Assembly (NCBI GenBank): GCA_963705185.1 | Contig: CAVPJF010000033.1 | Location: 538-64,537 of the forward strand | Direction of reading: 5' to 3' | DNA: 64,000 nucleotides | Source of the DNA: an uncultured Bacteroidales bacterium | GTDB lineage: Bacteria; Bacteroidota; Bacteroidia; Bacteroidales; JAADJA01 | In this document: in pieces, positions 9,643 through 20,809 of the stretch | Numbering within the stretch: the first letter of the stretch is position 1 | Layout: every line of letters begins with the position of its first letter | The notes under the pieces: generated by a model | What the model was told of the DNA's origin: nothing | What the model saw: the letters and a program-made list of their open reading frames with translations, nothing else | The model's database searches: none | Translations under genes and position numbers: made by a program

Positions 9643-10443
9643 TTAAAAAGCCCGAACCGAGCGCACATAGTAGTCGTTGTTTTTATAGAGGCTGCCCTGC
9701 ATGCCAGTGGAGAAATTCTGCTTCCATGCGCCGTTGAGACCGGCCTCGCTGGAACTCCAATAGTTATCATCAGCAAAACCGCCAATCGCTACTCTGTTTA
9801 TGTAGAGCTTATTTAATTCATCTTTACTGGGTAAAAACCAGTCGGAATAACCACCTAATACCAAATCAGAACACAATTTCGCAGCATAGCTTCCTGCTCC
9901 CTGACTGGCAACAATAGTGGCTGTGTTGTTATTCCCTGTGCCTAATGCTGTTGCAGTTGCTCCTGTTGTCGTATAGCTTCCATTATACCATTGTATGCCT
10001 GTACTTTGGTCGCCTGGTGCGGCTATTAAACCGTGTGCTTCTGCAGCTACATAGCCGGGGTCTCCAGCTTGTAAAATATAAGCTACTATACCACCTCTAT
10101 AGCTATCTCCTATATAAAGTACATCAATTTTTACTGTTTGGCTTGCGGTATCGTACTCTTCGGAATTGGCTGGCGTAAAGGACACTTTCAAAACCTGATT
10201 AGCGCCTGCATCCAGTAATGTGCCAATCTGGGGAGTGTAAGCAAAGGTGCCTTCTACATCGGCTGTGGCATTTAGCTGGGTCGCGCTTAGCAGGGTACCA
10301 TAAACAATATCTTCAGGATTTGCCCAGGTGATTACTGGAGTTTTCTTTGAGGGTGATTCATCTTTCTTACAACCAATTGCAAGAACTAATACAAAACCCA
10401 CTAATGTTAATGAGTAAATCCAAATTCTGTAGTTCTTTTTCAT
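9643..10443 (-). CDS. DUF1566 (Lcl C-terminal, C-type-lectin-like) lipoprotein with N-terminal Ig-like region
   Basis: The signal peptide plus Cys is LVLAIGC. The C-terminus reads GGYSDWFLPSKDELNKLY...NYWSSSE...AWKQNF...YYVRSVRAF. Confidence 0.8.
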   Translation of the reverse strand: MKKNYRIWIYSLTLVGFVLVLAIGCKKDESPSKKTPVITWANPEDIVYGTLLSATQLNATADVEGTFAYTPQIGTLLDAGANQVLKVSFTPANSEEYDTASQTVKIDVLYIGDSYRGGIVAYILQAGDPGYVAAEAHGLIAAPGDQSTGIQWYNGSYTTTGATATALGTGNNNTATIVASQGAGSYAAKLCSDLVLGGYSDWFLPSKDELNKLYINRVAIGGFADDNYWSSSEAGLNGAWKQNFSTGMQGSLYKNNDYYVRSVRAF

Positions 10444-10766
10444 AATTGTACAATTAAATGGTTAATTTATTTTTGTCTGTGGTCTTTTTAATATGAACGT
10501 TAACGTTACTATTACAGGAACTTTTTTCCCGTTTTTATTCCATAGAGGTATGTAAACAGTGTTCAATGTATCATTTCCTGTTTTTGATGAAAGCAAATGT
10601 AAGAATATTTGAATTAATATAAAGGAATGATTTTAATGTTAAATGTGGAGAGACTCGCCAGCGGGGGCGTTAATCTTCAATCGAGGATCTGCCTTGCAGT
10701 CAGTCAGGCGCTTGAAGCAGAGAAGAATAAACCAACTATAGCATTAATTTATATTGATCCTTTATT

Positions 10767-13146
10767 TCAGTTTTCTCTTTGCCATAAAGCAACCGAAAGG
10801 GTAGCAAAAGCTACAACCGAAACAGAGCTGATGGGCATGAGGATGGCGGCGAAGATGGGGGTGAGCAGCCCCTGAACCGCGAACTAGAGGCCAAAAACAT
10901 TGTAGAGGAAAGAAAGCGTAAAACTGATATAGGCAATGCTCATGCTGGTATGAGTGAAACGGATGAACTTTTCGAGCTTGCCAAATCCCGATGATTCGAG
11001 GATGGCATCACAGGCAGGGGAGAAATGATAGACATCATCGGCAATGGTAATGCCCACATTGCTTTCGTTGAGAGCGCCGGCATCATTCAGCCCGTCGCCG
11101 ATCATCAGAACTTTTTTGCCCTGACGCTTAAGGTTTTTTACATAAGCCAGCTTGTCGGTGGGCGACTGGTTAAAATGGATGCGGTCTTCCACCAGAAACA
11201 ATGGCAAAAGGTTTGTCTTTTCGGCTTCATTGTCGCCTGTTAACAAATGGAGGTCGTATTTTTTGGAGAAGCGGGTGATCATTTCTTTGAGTCCTTTGCG
11301 GTAACTGTTCTCAAGCTGGAAGTAGCCGGGAACCTTATCGCCCATAAAAACATAGACCTGGGTTTTAAGACCTTTTTCTTCATCTTCCTTCCCGGTGACA
11401 AACTTATGGGAACCCACATTGATCTTTACTCCATTGATTTCACCTGTAATGCCAAGTCCAGGGATTTCCTTAAAATGATCCACCGAATAGTATTGATCTC
11501 CGTCGAGCTTTTGAAAAAGTGCAGCGCTTAAAGGATGGGTTGAATGCCTGACGAGGGATTTGATCATTCGTATCTGGTCCGTTGTAAGTGATTGCCCAAC
11601 AAAATCAATTTCCATAGATTTGGTATGGGTGATGGTTCCTGTTTTGTCAAAGACAATGGTGTTGGCCTTGAAAAGCTCTTCAACAACCTGGGTTTTTTTC
11701 AGGTAGAAACCGTTCCGTCCAAAATAACGCATGGTACTCCCGAAGGTAAAAGGCAGGGTAAGAGCAAGGGCACACGGACAGGCTACAATCAACACCGAAG
11801 TGAAAGCAAAGATAGCTTTGGACGGGTCGTTGAACAACCAGTAAATACCTGCGGCTATGGCGATAATAAGGATGATGACAGTGAAATACTGACTGACCCG
11901 GTCAATGATCCTTTTCATCCCCGGATCATCTTTGCCACTTTTGTTGTCCTGGTTCCATAGCTGGGTTAAATAGCTTTGCTCCACCACTTTTATAATTTCC
12001 AGTTCAACTGAACTGCCTGCCTGCCGTCCGCCTGCAAAAACCGTATCTCCTTTGTTCTTCCGAACCGGAAGCGATTCGCCGGTAACAAAACTATAATCAA
12101 TATTGCCATCACCGGCGACAATCCTTGAATCAGCAGGGATCAGCTCCTTGTTCCGGATAAGGATATGATCGCCGGTTTTGAGTTCATTGAGAGGTATGAC
12201 AATTTCTTTCCCATCGTTCAATTTTAGTTACAGCCACCGGAAAATAGGATTTATAATCCCGCTCGAACGAGAGTGCCTGGTAAGTTTTTCCCTGGTACCA
12301 TTTTCCGACCAGCATAAAAAATACAAGCCCTGAAAGGGAATCGAGGTAACCGGTTCCCTGCTCAGTTACAATGTCAAAAGCACTTTGAAGGAAAAGCGCT
12401 AATATTCCAAGAGCAATAGGCAGGTCGATGCTGATGATTTTGTGCCTGAGGCTTTTGACGGAAGATAAGAAATAGTCATTGGCACAATAAACAACCACCG
12501 GAATGGATAAGATAAGACTCAGCCAGCCAAAAAACTTTTTAAATCCTGGTTCGAGTAATTCCCCGCCCGGCAGGTATTCGGGAAAATTGTACATCATCAC
12601 ATTCATGAGCACGAAGCCTGTGATGCCGATCTTTAATATGAGTTGCTTGTTTCCTTTTGTTTTTTTTCTTTTTTGGAGATGGTCAAGGGTTATTTCAGGA
12701 ATGTAGTGAATAGAAGCCAGCAATTCAACAAGTTCCCGAAGGGTTATTTCATTATCTTTAAAATTGATGACGACTTCTTTTTTTGGAAAATTAACAAAGG
12801 AATGGGTGATGGAAGGATTTAATATACTGAGGTGTTCGAGCAGCCAAATGCAGGATGCACAATGAATGGCAGGAACAAAGAAGGTAATTTTGCTGATCCC
12901 TCCATCCGAAAAATCAAGCAATTTGGTTTTGATCTCATCAAGATCGAGATAGGCGTATTTTTCGCCCTGCTCATGGGTATCAACTCTGATGCCCGGCATG
13001 GGTGCAATTTCATAATATTGTTTGAGGTCTTTTTCATTCAGTATCTGGTAAACGGTTTTACATCCATTGCAACAAAAGGGCTTATCATTCCACATTACCG
13101 GATAGTTTCCGCAATCTTCCCCACAATGAATACAAGGCTGACCCAT
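10767..13146 (-). pseudogene. ccoI: Heavy-metal (copper) translocating P-type ATPase, CcoI/FixI type; one frameshift and one in-frame TAG as assembled
   Basis: The N-terminus is Cys-rich (CIHCGEDC...CCNGC), followed by the CASC metal site, the CPC TM motif, DKTGTIT and GDGLNDAGAL. The frame breaks near 12184-12221. A TAG at 10884-10886 is followed in-frame by FAVQGLLTPIFAAILMPISSVSVVAF, up to a TGA at 10767. Confidence 0.85.
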
Positions 13147-13316
13147 TCTGAATTTTTTTCAAAAGTAGGGAGAATGTTACTAAGACTGTGACTAAATTGC
13201 CTAAAATAAATTGTTAGTAAATACAGTGTAAATTGATCCAAAAGTTAATTAATCCATTGTGAATTTAAATTCATATTACTTTCGTATTTTTGTTAGTAAT
13301 AATAAAAATTATTTTT

Positions 13317-14337
13317 ATGATTCTAAATCGTTTTAGGTGGTGGTTGTTGATAGTTATCTTTAACCTTTGTTATCCTATCCTGTGATCCTTCACAAAAGAA
13401 AGTACCACCGGCCCATAAAGGCGATACTGACTGGCAGTATTTTGGACTTGCTTCTCCCGGAAATGTTCCACAGATATTTTCGCCTGATATTGTTTCGACA
13501 TCGAGGAATGAAAGGGACTTTGCAATTTCACCTGCGGGAAATGTGATGTTTTACAGTATTGTGTTGCCGGCAAATAATTTAAGTCTGATAGCCTATCTGG
13601 CATTTGATGGTTTCTTCTGGTCGGAGCCTGAAACAGCGGCATTCTCAGGAGCATATAAAGACCTGGAACCGGCCTTTTCGCCTGATGGTAAAAAGCTTTT
13701 CTTTGTTTCAAAAAGACCTGTTTCGGGGAGTGTTGAAAAAAAAGATTATGACATCTGGTATGTTGAACCTGAAAAGGGATGGGAAAATGCCATTAATCTC
13801 GGTTCACCGGTTAATTCGGATGAAGATGAATATTACCCTTCAATAGCATCTAACGGTAACCTTTATTTCACTGCAAAATACAATGATTCATTTGGACTGG
13901 AAGACATTTATTTTCCCGGTTCGAAAACGGCAGTTATACCCAACCAGTTAATTTGGGAGAATCGATTAATTCCTCCTTTTATGAATTTAATGCTTTTATC
14001 GCGCCTGATGAAAGCTACCTGATTTTTTCCTCACTTGGAAGGGAAGACGACCTGGGTGGAGGCGATCTCTATATTGCTTACAGGTTGGGTGACAATTCCT
14101 GGACAAAGCCTGTAAATTTAGGTAAGGACAATCAATTCCGATGAACTGGATTATTGTCCTTTTGTTTCTCCTGACGGGAAATACTTGTTTTTTACCAGTC
14201 AGCGCAAAAGCGATGAATTCACCGTTAAAGCTTACAGGAAATTAAGCCTTATCCTTCAAATGGCTGATGGAATTAAAAATGGCCTTGGGAATATTTATTG
14301 GGTGACATTCGACAAAAACACCTGGCGAAATGAATAA
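13317..14337 (+). pseudogene. PD40/TolB-like beta-propeller repeat lipoprotein; about 3 frameshifts as assembled
   Basis: Repeated PD40 signatures: FSPDGKKLFFVS, YYPSIASNGNLYF, IAPDESYLIFSS and VSPDGKYLFFTS. The lipobox-like LSC near 13375 is in a different frame from the ATG at 13317. Confidence 0.7.
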
Positions 14338-14416
14338 GCAAACTGAAAACAAAACTTTATAAGAACCTTTAAATCTGCCACGTTATTTGATGTTGTAGAT
14401 CTAAATTCACGGGCAA

Positions 14417-15845
14417 ATGAAGTATGTAAATGTAAATCTTATTGCAGCTTTTTTGCTAACTTTTACATCGGTAATATGTATTGCCCAGAATGATGATAAA
14501 ATTACGGGTGCGGATACCTCACAAATTCTCCCCGATCCGAATATGGAGTTGATGCTGGCTTCAATTGAAGGCGACACAGCTAAAGTTCTTGAATGGATTG
14601 AAAAAGGTGCAGATGTAAATTGCAAATCCTCCTATGAAGGGGTGACACCCTTGATGTATGCTGCACAAAACGGGCATCTGGAAACAGTGAGAATTCTCCT
14701 TCACCATGGTGCAAATGAAAATGCATTGCCGGTAGAATCATGTCAGCGCATTGCTTGGTGCCTGCATGGCTGGACATATGTTTATTGCCGATACCCTTAT
14801 CCTGAACGGAGCCAATGTTAATACAAAAAACTTAGATGGAATCACACCTCTGATGATAGCTGCCGCCAATAACGACTCCATCATGGCAGATATGCTGATC
14901 TTTTACAAGGCTGATCTGGATAATTAAGGATGTTGCAGGGGAATACAGCTTTGCATTACGCTACTTATTATGGCTCATCAGGAGTCTCTGAGTTGCTGAT
15001 TGAAAAGCAGGCGAAAATAAACGTGGCTGACAACAAAGGATTCACACCGTTGATGATTGCCGCTCAAAAAGGCTACAGCTACCTGGCTGATCTTTATATA
15101 CAAAACGGTGCAGTCGTTGATACCGTGAATGAAAACAACCTGACAGCGCTGTCATTTGCAATTATCAACCGTCATCATGGAAACAGCTGAACTGCTCATA
15201 CAAAACGGAGCTAATGCAAACCATAAGATTTCGGGTACGAGAAATCAATACACCCTTGCACAGGAATTTGCAGATAACGAGATGCTGCAATTGCTTCAGC
15301 TAAACGGTGCAAGTAATCTTCCGGCACCATTTGTTGACAGGGTCATGGTTAATTTGGATCTTAACGGAAATTTTGATGATTTTATGATCGGAGGCACCCT
15401 GGGTTTTGCTTCAACTAAATATGGTATTGAGTTTCAGGCAGGCTACAAAACAAGAACAGGGGTAAGAACCATTCTTTACGAAATAAATCCAACTACCTAT
15501 TACCAGTTTTGGGAAAGCAGGTCGGTTATCCACGTGGGAGCAAATAAATTATTTTCGGTTTTTAAAAAAACGGTTCGTAAGAAAAGTGGAGTATTCGCAG
15601 GGCTAAATGTTGCCTATACATACGGGAATTTTCGGGGATCAGAAAGGAAACCGGAAGATGCATTTCTGCTGGTTCCAAAAGCCGGTATTTTTTGGAGTTC
15701 ACAGTCTTTCAATGTAAAGTTGAATTATGAATATATGAATCTGAGAAATCCGAATGTATCAAGAAACCGGATTAACCTTTCGTTTGGTTTTAATATAAAT
15801 TCGGGAAAAGGAAAAATAGCCCTGAAGGAAGAGCCGTTGTGGTGA
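14417..15845 (+). pseudogene. Signal-peptide ankyrin-repeat protein with C-terminal beta-barrel-like domain; about 3 frameshifts as assembled
   Basis: Ankyrin units include TPLMYAAQNGHLETVRILLHHGAN, TPLMIAAANND, NTALHYATYYG and TPLMIAAQKGY. The C-terminal 190 aa has an alternating pattern ending ...RINLSFGFNI. Frame breaks lie near 14735, 14925 and 15170. Confidence 0.7.
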
Positions 15846-15906
15846 GGTTTTTAGAATATTTATTTTAAAGTTTAAGTTTTACTTTGTTATTTAAACAGCA
15901 CAATAT

Positions 15907-16359
15907 ATGGGTAATCATTTAATTTCAGGTTTAAAATTAGTAAATAAATGGTCATTTGGAGTTTTGATTTTTTTCCTTGTATTTCTTGCAGGCTGTGAGA
16001 GAAATGAACCATTGGAATCTTTTGACTGTGCGACCTGTTACCAGGATAAGCCTGACTGGGGACCGCTTCAAATTATGGTAACCATCAATAATGATAATCC
16101 CTATGTTCCTCTTGTAATTTACAGGGGAGATATTGAGAGTAACGACATTGAATACATGGACATAGCTTACAGTTCAGAATATACAGTGGATGTGCCGCCA
16201 GATGAATACTATTCAGTGACTGCAGAATATAAAGATGGAAGTAAAACTATTTTTGCTGTTGATGGTGATAAACTGAAGATGAAGAAAAACATCAAAGATT
16301 GTGATAAGGATTGTTACTATTTCAAGGGCGGTTACATTGATGTAAGACTTAGGAACTAG
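15907..16359 (+). CDS. Hypothetical lipoprotein (150 aa)
   Basis: Intact ORF with signal/lipobox FFLVFLAGC. No family recognised. Confidence 0.6.
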   Translation: MGNHLISGLKLVNKWSFGVLIFFLVFLAGCERNEPLESFDCATCYQDKPDWGPLQIMVTINNDNPYVPLVIYRGDIESNDIEYMDIAYSSEYTVDVPPDEYYSVTAEYKDGSKTIFAVDGDKLKMKKNIKDCDKDCYYFKGGYIDVRLRN

Positions 16360-16377
16360 CTATCCATCCTGGAAACC

Positions 16378-17397
16378 TTAATGCTTATCCCTGTCGCTGA
16401 AATACTTCATAAACTGAACCCTCTCGTACATGGCCGGATTTACGCTTTTCTCCTGGCTGAGTTTTCCCCTGAACTGATCGATAGAGTCATAATTATTACT
16501 GATCATCCATTTTTTTATATCTTTCAGCATGTTTTGAATTTTTTCGGGACCTTTATTGTAAATGGAAGAAACCACCTGGACAGCATTTGCACCTGCCAGC
16601 AATTGTTTGATTATTGCAGAGCCATCATGAATTCCTGTGGAAGCCGCAAGGTCACAGCTCACCCGGTTCGACATGATGGCGATCCACCTGAGTGAAATGG
16701 ATAATTCATCCGGCTGGCTAAAAACATTGGAGGAGGTGATGGTCATTTTTTCGATGTCAATATCAGGGCTGTAAAACCTGTTGAATAACACAAGGCCGGA
16801 AACGCCGGATGATGACAATTTTTGAATGGTTTGCGCCAGAGAAGTAAAATAATAACTGATTTTCAAAGCAATGGGGATCTTTATCTTTTCCTTTAGCTTG
16901 CTTACAATCTCAAAATATGTTTTTTCGATTTCCTCGGGGCTTTTGGTTAAGTTGGAGGGTAATATAAAAAGATTTACTTCAAGAGCATCTGCTCCGGCAT
17001 CCTCAAAAGCTTTGGCAAAATTGGTCCACTCATGTTTCGATGCACAATTTACACTTGCTATAACCGGGATACCGGCCACCTTTTTTGCTCCGGTGATCAG
17101 CTTGATATACTTGTCAATATTTTCCGATTTTATCCGGTAATCCAGGTAATCAAGAAATTCATCCTTGTAACGCTTTGAAGCTTCTTCGGCTACAATTTTT
17201 TCATACTCATGGGTGATTTCTTCTTCGAAAATTGATTTCAACACAACAGCAGCAGCGCCATTTTCCTCAAGTTTTTTAATTTTTTCAGGAGAATCAGTAA
17301 GCCCTGAACTTCCAACGATTATTGGATTTGTGAGCGTCAGCCCTAAATATTTCGTTGTTAAATCTACCATATTACCTCTTATTAATTTTGATTTCAT
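16378..17397 (-). CDS. Dihydroorotate dehydrogenase-like TIM-barrel flavoprotein
   Basis: The sequence reads DLTTKYLGLTLTNPIIVGSSGLT...NGAAAVVLKSIFEEE...DALEVNLF...LFNRFYSPDID. The start was chosen at MKSKLIRG; the track ORF extends to 17448. Confidence 0.7.
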   Translation of the reverse strand: MKSKLIRGNMVDLTTKYLGLTLTNPIIVGSSGLTDSPEKIKKLEENGAAAVVLKSIFEEEITHEYEKIVAEEASKRYKDEFLDYLDYRIKSENIDKYIKLITGAKKVAGIPVIASVNCASKHEWTNFAKAFEDAGADALEVNLFILPSNLTKSPEEIEKTYFEIVSKLKEKIKIPIALKISYYFTSLAQTIQKLSSSGVSGLVLFNRFYSPDIDIEKMTITSSNVFSQPDELSISLRWIAIMSNRVSCDLAASTGIHDGSAIIKQLLAGANAVQVVSSIYNKGPEKIQNMLKDIKKWMISNNYDSIDQFRGKLSQEKSVNPAMYERVQFMKYFSDRDKH

Positions 17398-17486
17398 CTG
17401 ATGCAAATGTAAAAGAATTTCCAATATGGAAAATAGGATGACCATCAATTTGGATTTTGGTTTTCGACCAAAGCAGCTAAATATTT

Positions 17487-18449
17487 TTAGCTGATCAGCT
17501 GACGAATAATATCTTCAACTTTAATTCCTTCGGCTTCAGCTTTATAATTTCGGATGATACGATGACGCAGTACATTGGCAGCCACTGCTTTCACATCTTC
17601 GATGTCGGGCGAATATTTCCCATGGATCACAGCATAACATTTTGCACCAATGATCAGATATTGGGAAGATCTTGGACCGGCTCCCCAGGTCAGGTAGTTA
17701 TCAGCCCACTGATGCGATCCGTTGACGCCTGGCCGTGTCTTTGCCGATAGTTTTACTGCATATTCAAATACATTATCAGGAACGGGAATCTTCCTGATCA
17801 GGTTCTGAAAGTAAAGTATTTCAGCACCGGTTATTACAACTTTCGGATCGGGTTCATACTCTGTGGTGGTGGTTTTTACCACTTTTATCTCTTCCTCAAA
17901 CGAAGGGTAATCCAGCCAGATGTTAAACATGAAGCGATCGAGTTGTGCTTCAGGCAAAGGATAAGTTCCTTCCTGCTCAATAGGGTTCTGAGTGGCCAAA
18001 ACAAAAAATGGTTCTTCCAAAATATACCTTTCACCGGCTACAGTTACAGCTTTCTCCTGCATCGCTTCAAGCAATGCTGCCTGTGTTTTCGGGGGGGTAC
18101 GGTTTATTTCATCAGCGAGGATGATATTTGCAAACACCGGACCTTTGATAAACCTGAACCGCCTGTTCTCATCCAGAATTTCAGTTCCTAAAATATCCGA
18201 TGGCATCAGGTCGGGGGTGAACTGGATCCTTTTGTAACTTAATCCCAGAACTTTTGAAATGGTATTCACCAGCAAAGTCTTTGCAAGCCCGGGAACACCC
18301 ACCAGCAATCCATGTCCTTTACTGAAAATAGCAATGAGGACATCTTCAACCACCCGATCCTGCCCCACAATTACTTTGGCAATTTCCGTACGCAGTGTTT
18401 TATATTTTTCAACGAAAGCATCTACCGCTTCAACGTCATTCTTGTACAT
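17487..18449 (-). CDS. moxR: MoxR-family AAA+ ATPase
   Basis: 320 aa with Walker A GVPGLAKT, Walker B ILADEINR and VLATQNPIEQEGTYPLPEAQLDRF. Confidence 0.9.
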   Translation of the reverse strand: MYKNDVEAVDAFVEKYKTLRTEIAKVIVGQDRVVEDVLIAIFSKGHGLLVGVPGLAKTLLVNTISKVLGLSYKRIQFTPDLMPSDILGTEILDENRRFRFIKGPVFANIILADEINRTPPKTQAALLEAMQEKAVTVAGERYILEEPFFVLATQNPIEQEGTYPLPEAQLDRFMFNIWLDYPSFEEEIKVVKTTTTEYEPDPKVVITGAEILYFQNLIRKIPVPDNVFEYAVKLSAKTRPGVNGSHQWADNYLTWGAGPRSSQYLIIGAKCYAVIHGKYSPDIEDVKAVAANVLRHRIIRNYKAEAEGIKVEDIIRQLIS

Positions 18450-18507
18450 ATCTGAATTTTCAGGTTTAAAAGTTATTTTAAGTTTTTAAAAGATATATAG
18501 TGTGGCT

Positions 18508-19867
18508 TTATTTATTAGCCCAGTGATTGATAAAATTGCAATCTTTATAACTGTCATTAATTCTCACATAGGTCTGACTTGCTTTATCTTCAATCCAGTC
18601 ATTGATCACCTGCTGCTTTTTATTTGCCAGCGCAGATTCCTGAATACGATCATAGTCCTGTTTTAAGTTGGCCTGATGAGGTTCTGTCCTTTTTTTCAGG
18701 TATAAAATCCGGTAGGCATCTTTCGTATCTTCATGTTTGAAACTGAACCGGTGCAGATATTTCACCCACTTCAAGTTTATGCAATGACAAACGAAACTTT
18801 CGGATCCAGCTGATCCATCTCGAATAGTGAAGTTTTTGTCATCGGATTGATCAAAAGACCTCCGTTGTTTTTGCTGGGATCATCTGAAAATTTAATAATG
18901 GCTTCATCAAAAGTGTATTTTTTTTCAGCGATCAGATTTGCGATGCTGTCGAGTTGAACCTTAGCGCGGGCAAGGTCGAAGGGTGATACTTTAGGACGCA
19001 GCAAAATGTGACGCACATTAACGTATTCTCCCCTTCGCTCGATCAGCTGAAGGATATGAAAGCCTGCCTCAGTTTCAACAATTTCGGAAACGGCACCTTT
19101 TTCAAGACTAAAAGCTGCAGCCTCGAAAGCCGGGTACATTTCTCCCCTGCCAAATAATCCAAGTTCTCCGCCATTCTTTGCTGATCCCGGATCTTCAGAA
19201 TAAAGGATGGCCAGAGTTGCAAAATTTTCCCCATTCAATACCCGGTATCTCAGTTCCTGAAGCTTATTTTTAACTTTTTCGGTTTCCTCCCGGTTGATGG
19301 GAGGGAGCTTTACAATTTGAGCTAACTCAACCTCAGAATTCACAAATGGTATACTGTCCTCGGGTATTTTCTTAAAGAAAGCTTTAACTTCTGTGGGCGT
19401 TATTTTAACTTCACCGGTTATTTTTTCCTGAACACTTTCAACCAACAATAGCTCTTTAACCTGCTCCCTGAGTTCATCCTTAAATTCTTCAATGGTTTTT
19501 TGATAGTATTCTTCAAATTTTTCAGGGGAACCAAGTAGTCCAATATAGTACCGGAGCCTCTGGTCCAGGTGGCTTCAACCTGTGAATCCGTTACTTCAAC
19601 ACTGTCGAGTTCAGCCTGGTTTAGCAACAATTTCTGGTAAAGCATTGACTCAAGCATCTCGCATTTTACCGTTGAGCTGCTACCGGTAATCTCTTCCTGC
19701 ATGCGGTATTGCATGTATTGTGCTTCAATATCTGATTCAAGAATAATGTGTCCTCCAACTACAGCAAGCACCTGATCGATTATTTTTCCCTGCTCCTGGG
19801 CAAATAATAAGGGATAAACAGTTAAACAGAAAAGAGTCAGGAAAATTTTATTAATCTTAAAAAACAT
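18508..19867 (-). pseudogene. surA: SurA-like periplasmic chaperone / parvulin PPIase; about 3 frameshifts as assembled
   Basis: The SurA_N-type N-terminus is IIDQVLAVVGGHIILESDIE. The parvulin core is VRHILL...GGELGLFGRGEMYPAFE...GFHILQLIERR. Breaks lie near 19565, 18775 and 18740, where KLEVGEISAPVQFQT is readable in the third frame. Confidence 0.75.
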
Positions 19868-19964
19868 AATTATTGAATAAATGATAAATGCCGTGTCATA
19901 GATGTTGATGAATCACAATTCAAAAATATATAACAAACAAAGCTTACAAAAAGTACATAAAGGC

Positions 19965-20801
19965 TTAATATATTTCAAAACTGTTATCTTTTAATGCCGC
20001 CTGAAATACATTTTCACGCATCTGACTGATAATTTTCAGCTTCCTTTTATTAATAATGATTTGTCTTATATTCTCTTTTTCAAAACTCAGTGGCGACTCC
20101 CCATCTTTGATTTTAAAATCAGTAAAATTGACAAAATAAACCATCGGATCGTCGTTGATTTCTATTTTCCGGTGATTTTGCAAATACGATTCCTGGTTGT
20201 ATGTATTAATGGGGATGTATTTAATTAAGTCATCAAATAAAATCCAGGTTTCATCATCCCTGTAAAAAAGATCGGAAAATTTTTCAACATATTTTTGCAA
20301 TGAGTCTTTTTGTTCAGGTGTATCGGAATAAAAAAATCTTCTGATCTTATTTAATTCAGGGAGATTGCTGTCGAACCGTGCATAATACACTTTTATGATA
20401 TTGTCTTTCAATTGAAAATTGCCGATGTTGTCGTAGTAAAACTTTTCAATTTCAGCAGCAGATACTATCGTATCCAAAGTTTGGTTGATCAGCTGAGATT
20501 CGTATTTATAAATAATGAGAGAATTTCTGTACTCTTCTAATTGTTTTTCAAACTGAATATCTGCCTTCCTCAGGTTTTTTTGTGCTTTATTAAGGATAAG
20601 CTTTTCAGTAATCCAGTTATTGACAAAATTTTGGACAATTAAAATACTATCCCGACCTGATGTCCCTTCTGGAACAATATTCTTAAGTTCAGATTTATAC
20701 AGATAGTCATTATTTACCCTTGCCAGTGATTCTTTATTCTTGTCCATATCATTAAAACAAGAAGTCAATAAAATCAATCCCGGCAATAAAAACTTGTTCA
20801 A
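19965..20801 (-). CDS. Hypothetical lipoprotein, SurA_N/PpiD-like chaperone lacking a PPIase domain
   Basis: Lipobox LILLTSC. Elements such as ...VNNDYLYKSEL...VQNFVNNWITEKLIL resemble chaperone N-domains. The position between two PPIase genes supports the call, which remains tentative. Confidence 0.5.
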   Translation of the reverse strand: MNKFLLPGLILLTSCFNDMDKNKESLARVNNDYLYKSELKNIVPEGTSGRDSILIVQNFVNNWITEKLILNKAQKNLRKADIQFEKQLEEYRNSLIIYKYESQLINQTLDTIVSAAEIEKFYYDNIGNFQLKDNIIKVYYARFDSNLPELNKIRRFFYSDTPEQKDSLQKYVEKFSDLFYRDDETWILFDDLIKYIPINTYNQESYLQNHRKIEINDDPMVYFVNFTDFKIKDGESPLSFEKENIRQIIINKRKLKIISQMRENVFQAALKDNSFEIY

Positions 20802-20809
20802 CTGAAATG

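Noticed and set aside
9643-10443. DUF1566 C-type-lectin-like gene as a diversity-generating retroelement target
   Set aside because: There is no reverse transcriptase ORF in the window. I also could not find a template-repeat-like copy of the gene's 3' end in either flanking spacer.
10627-10875. 82-aa plus-strand ORF from the six-frame track
   Set aside because: It lies antisense to the in-frame C-terminal continuation of the CcoI ATPase (FAVQGLLTPIFAAILMPISS...). It is a shadow ORF, not a gene.
10884-10886. Stop-codon reassignment (TAG or TAA read as sense)
   Set aside because: TAG and TAA terminate other well-delimited genes at the expected positions (for example TAG at 7587 and 16357-16359, and TAA at many genes). 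There are only two in-frame stops in 64 kb, both in genes that also have indels.
17487-18449. MoxR ATPase as part of a Bat/aerotolerance or novel defence-like system
   Set aside because: No DUF58, VWA or BatA-E partners lie adjacent. The downstream gene is a DHOD-like flavoprotein and the upstream genes are chaperones, so there is nothing in the sequence to support a system.
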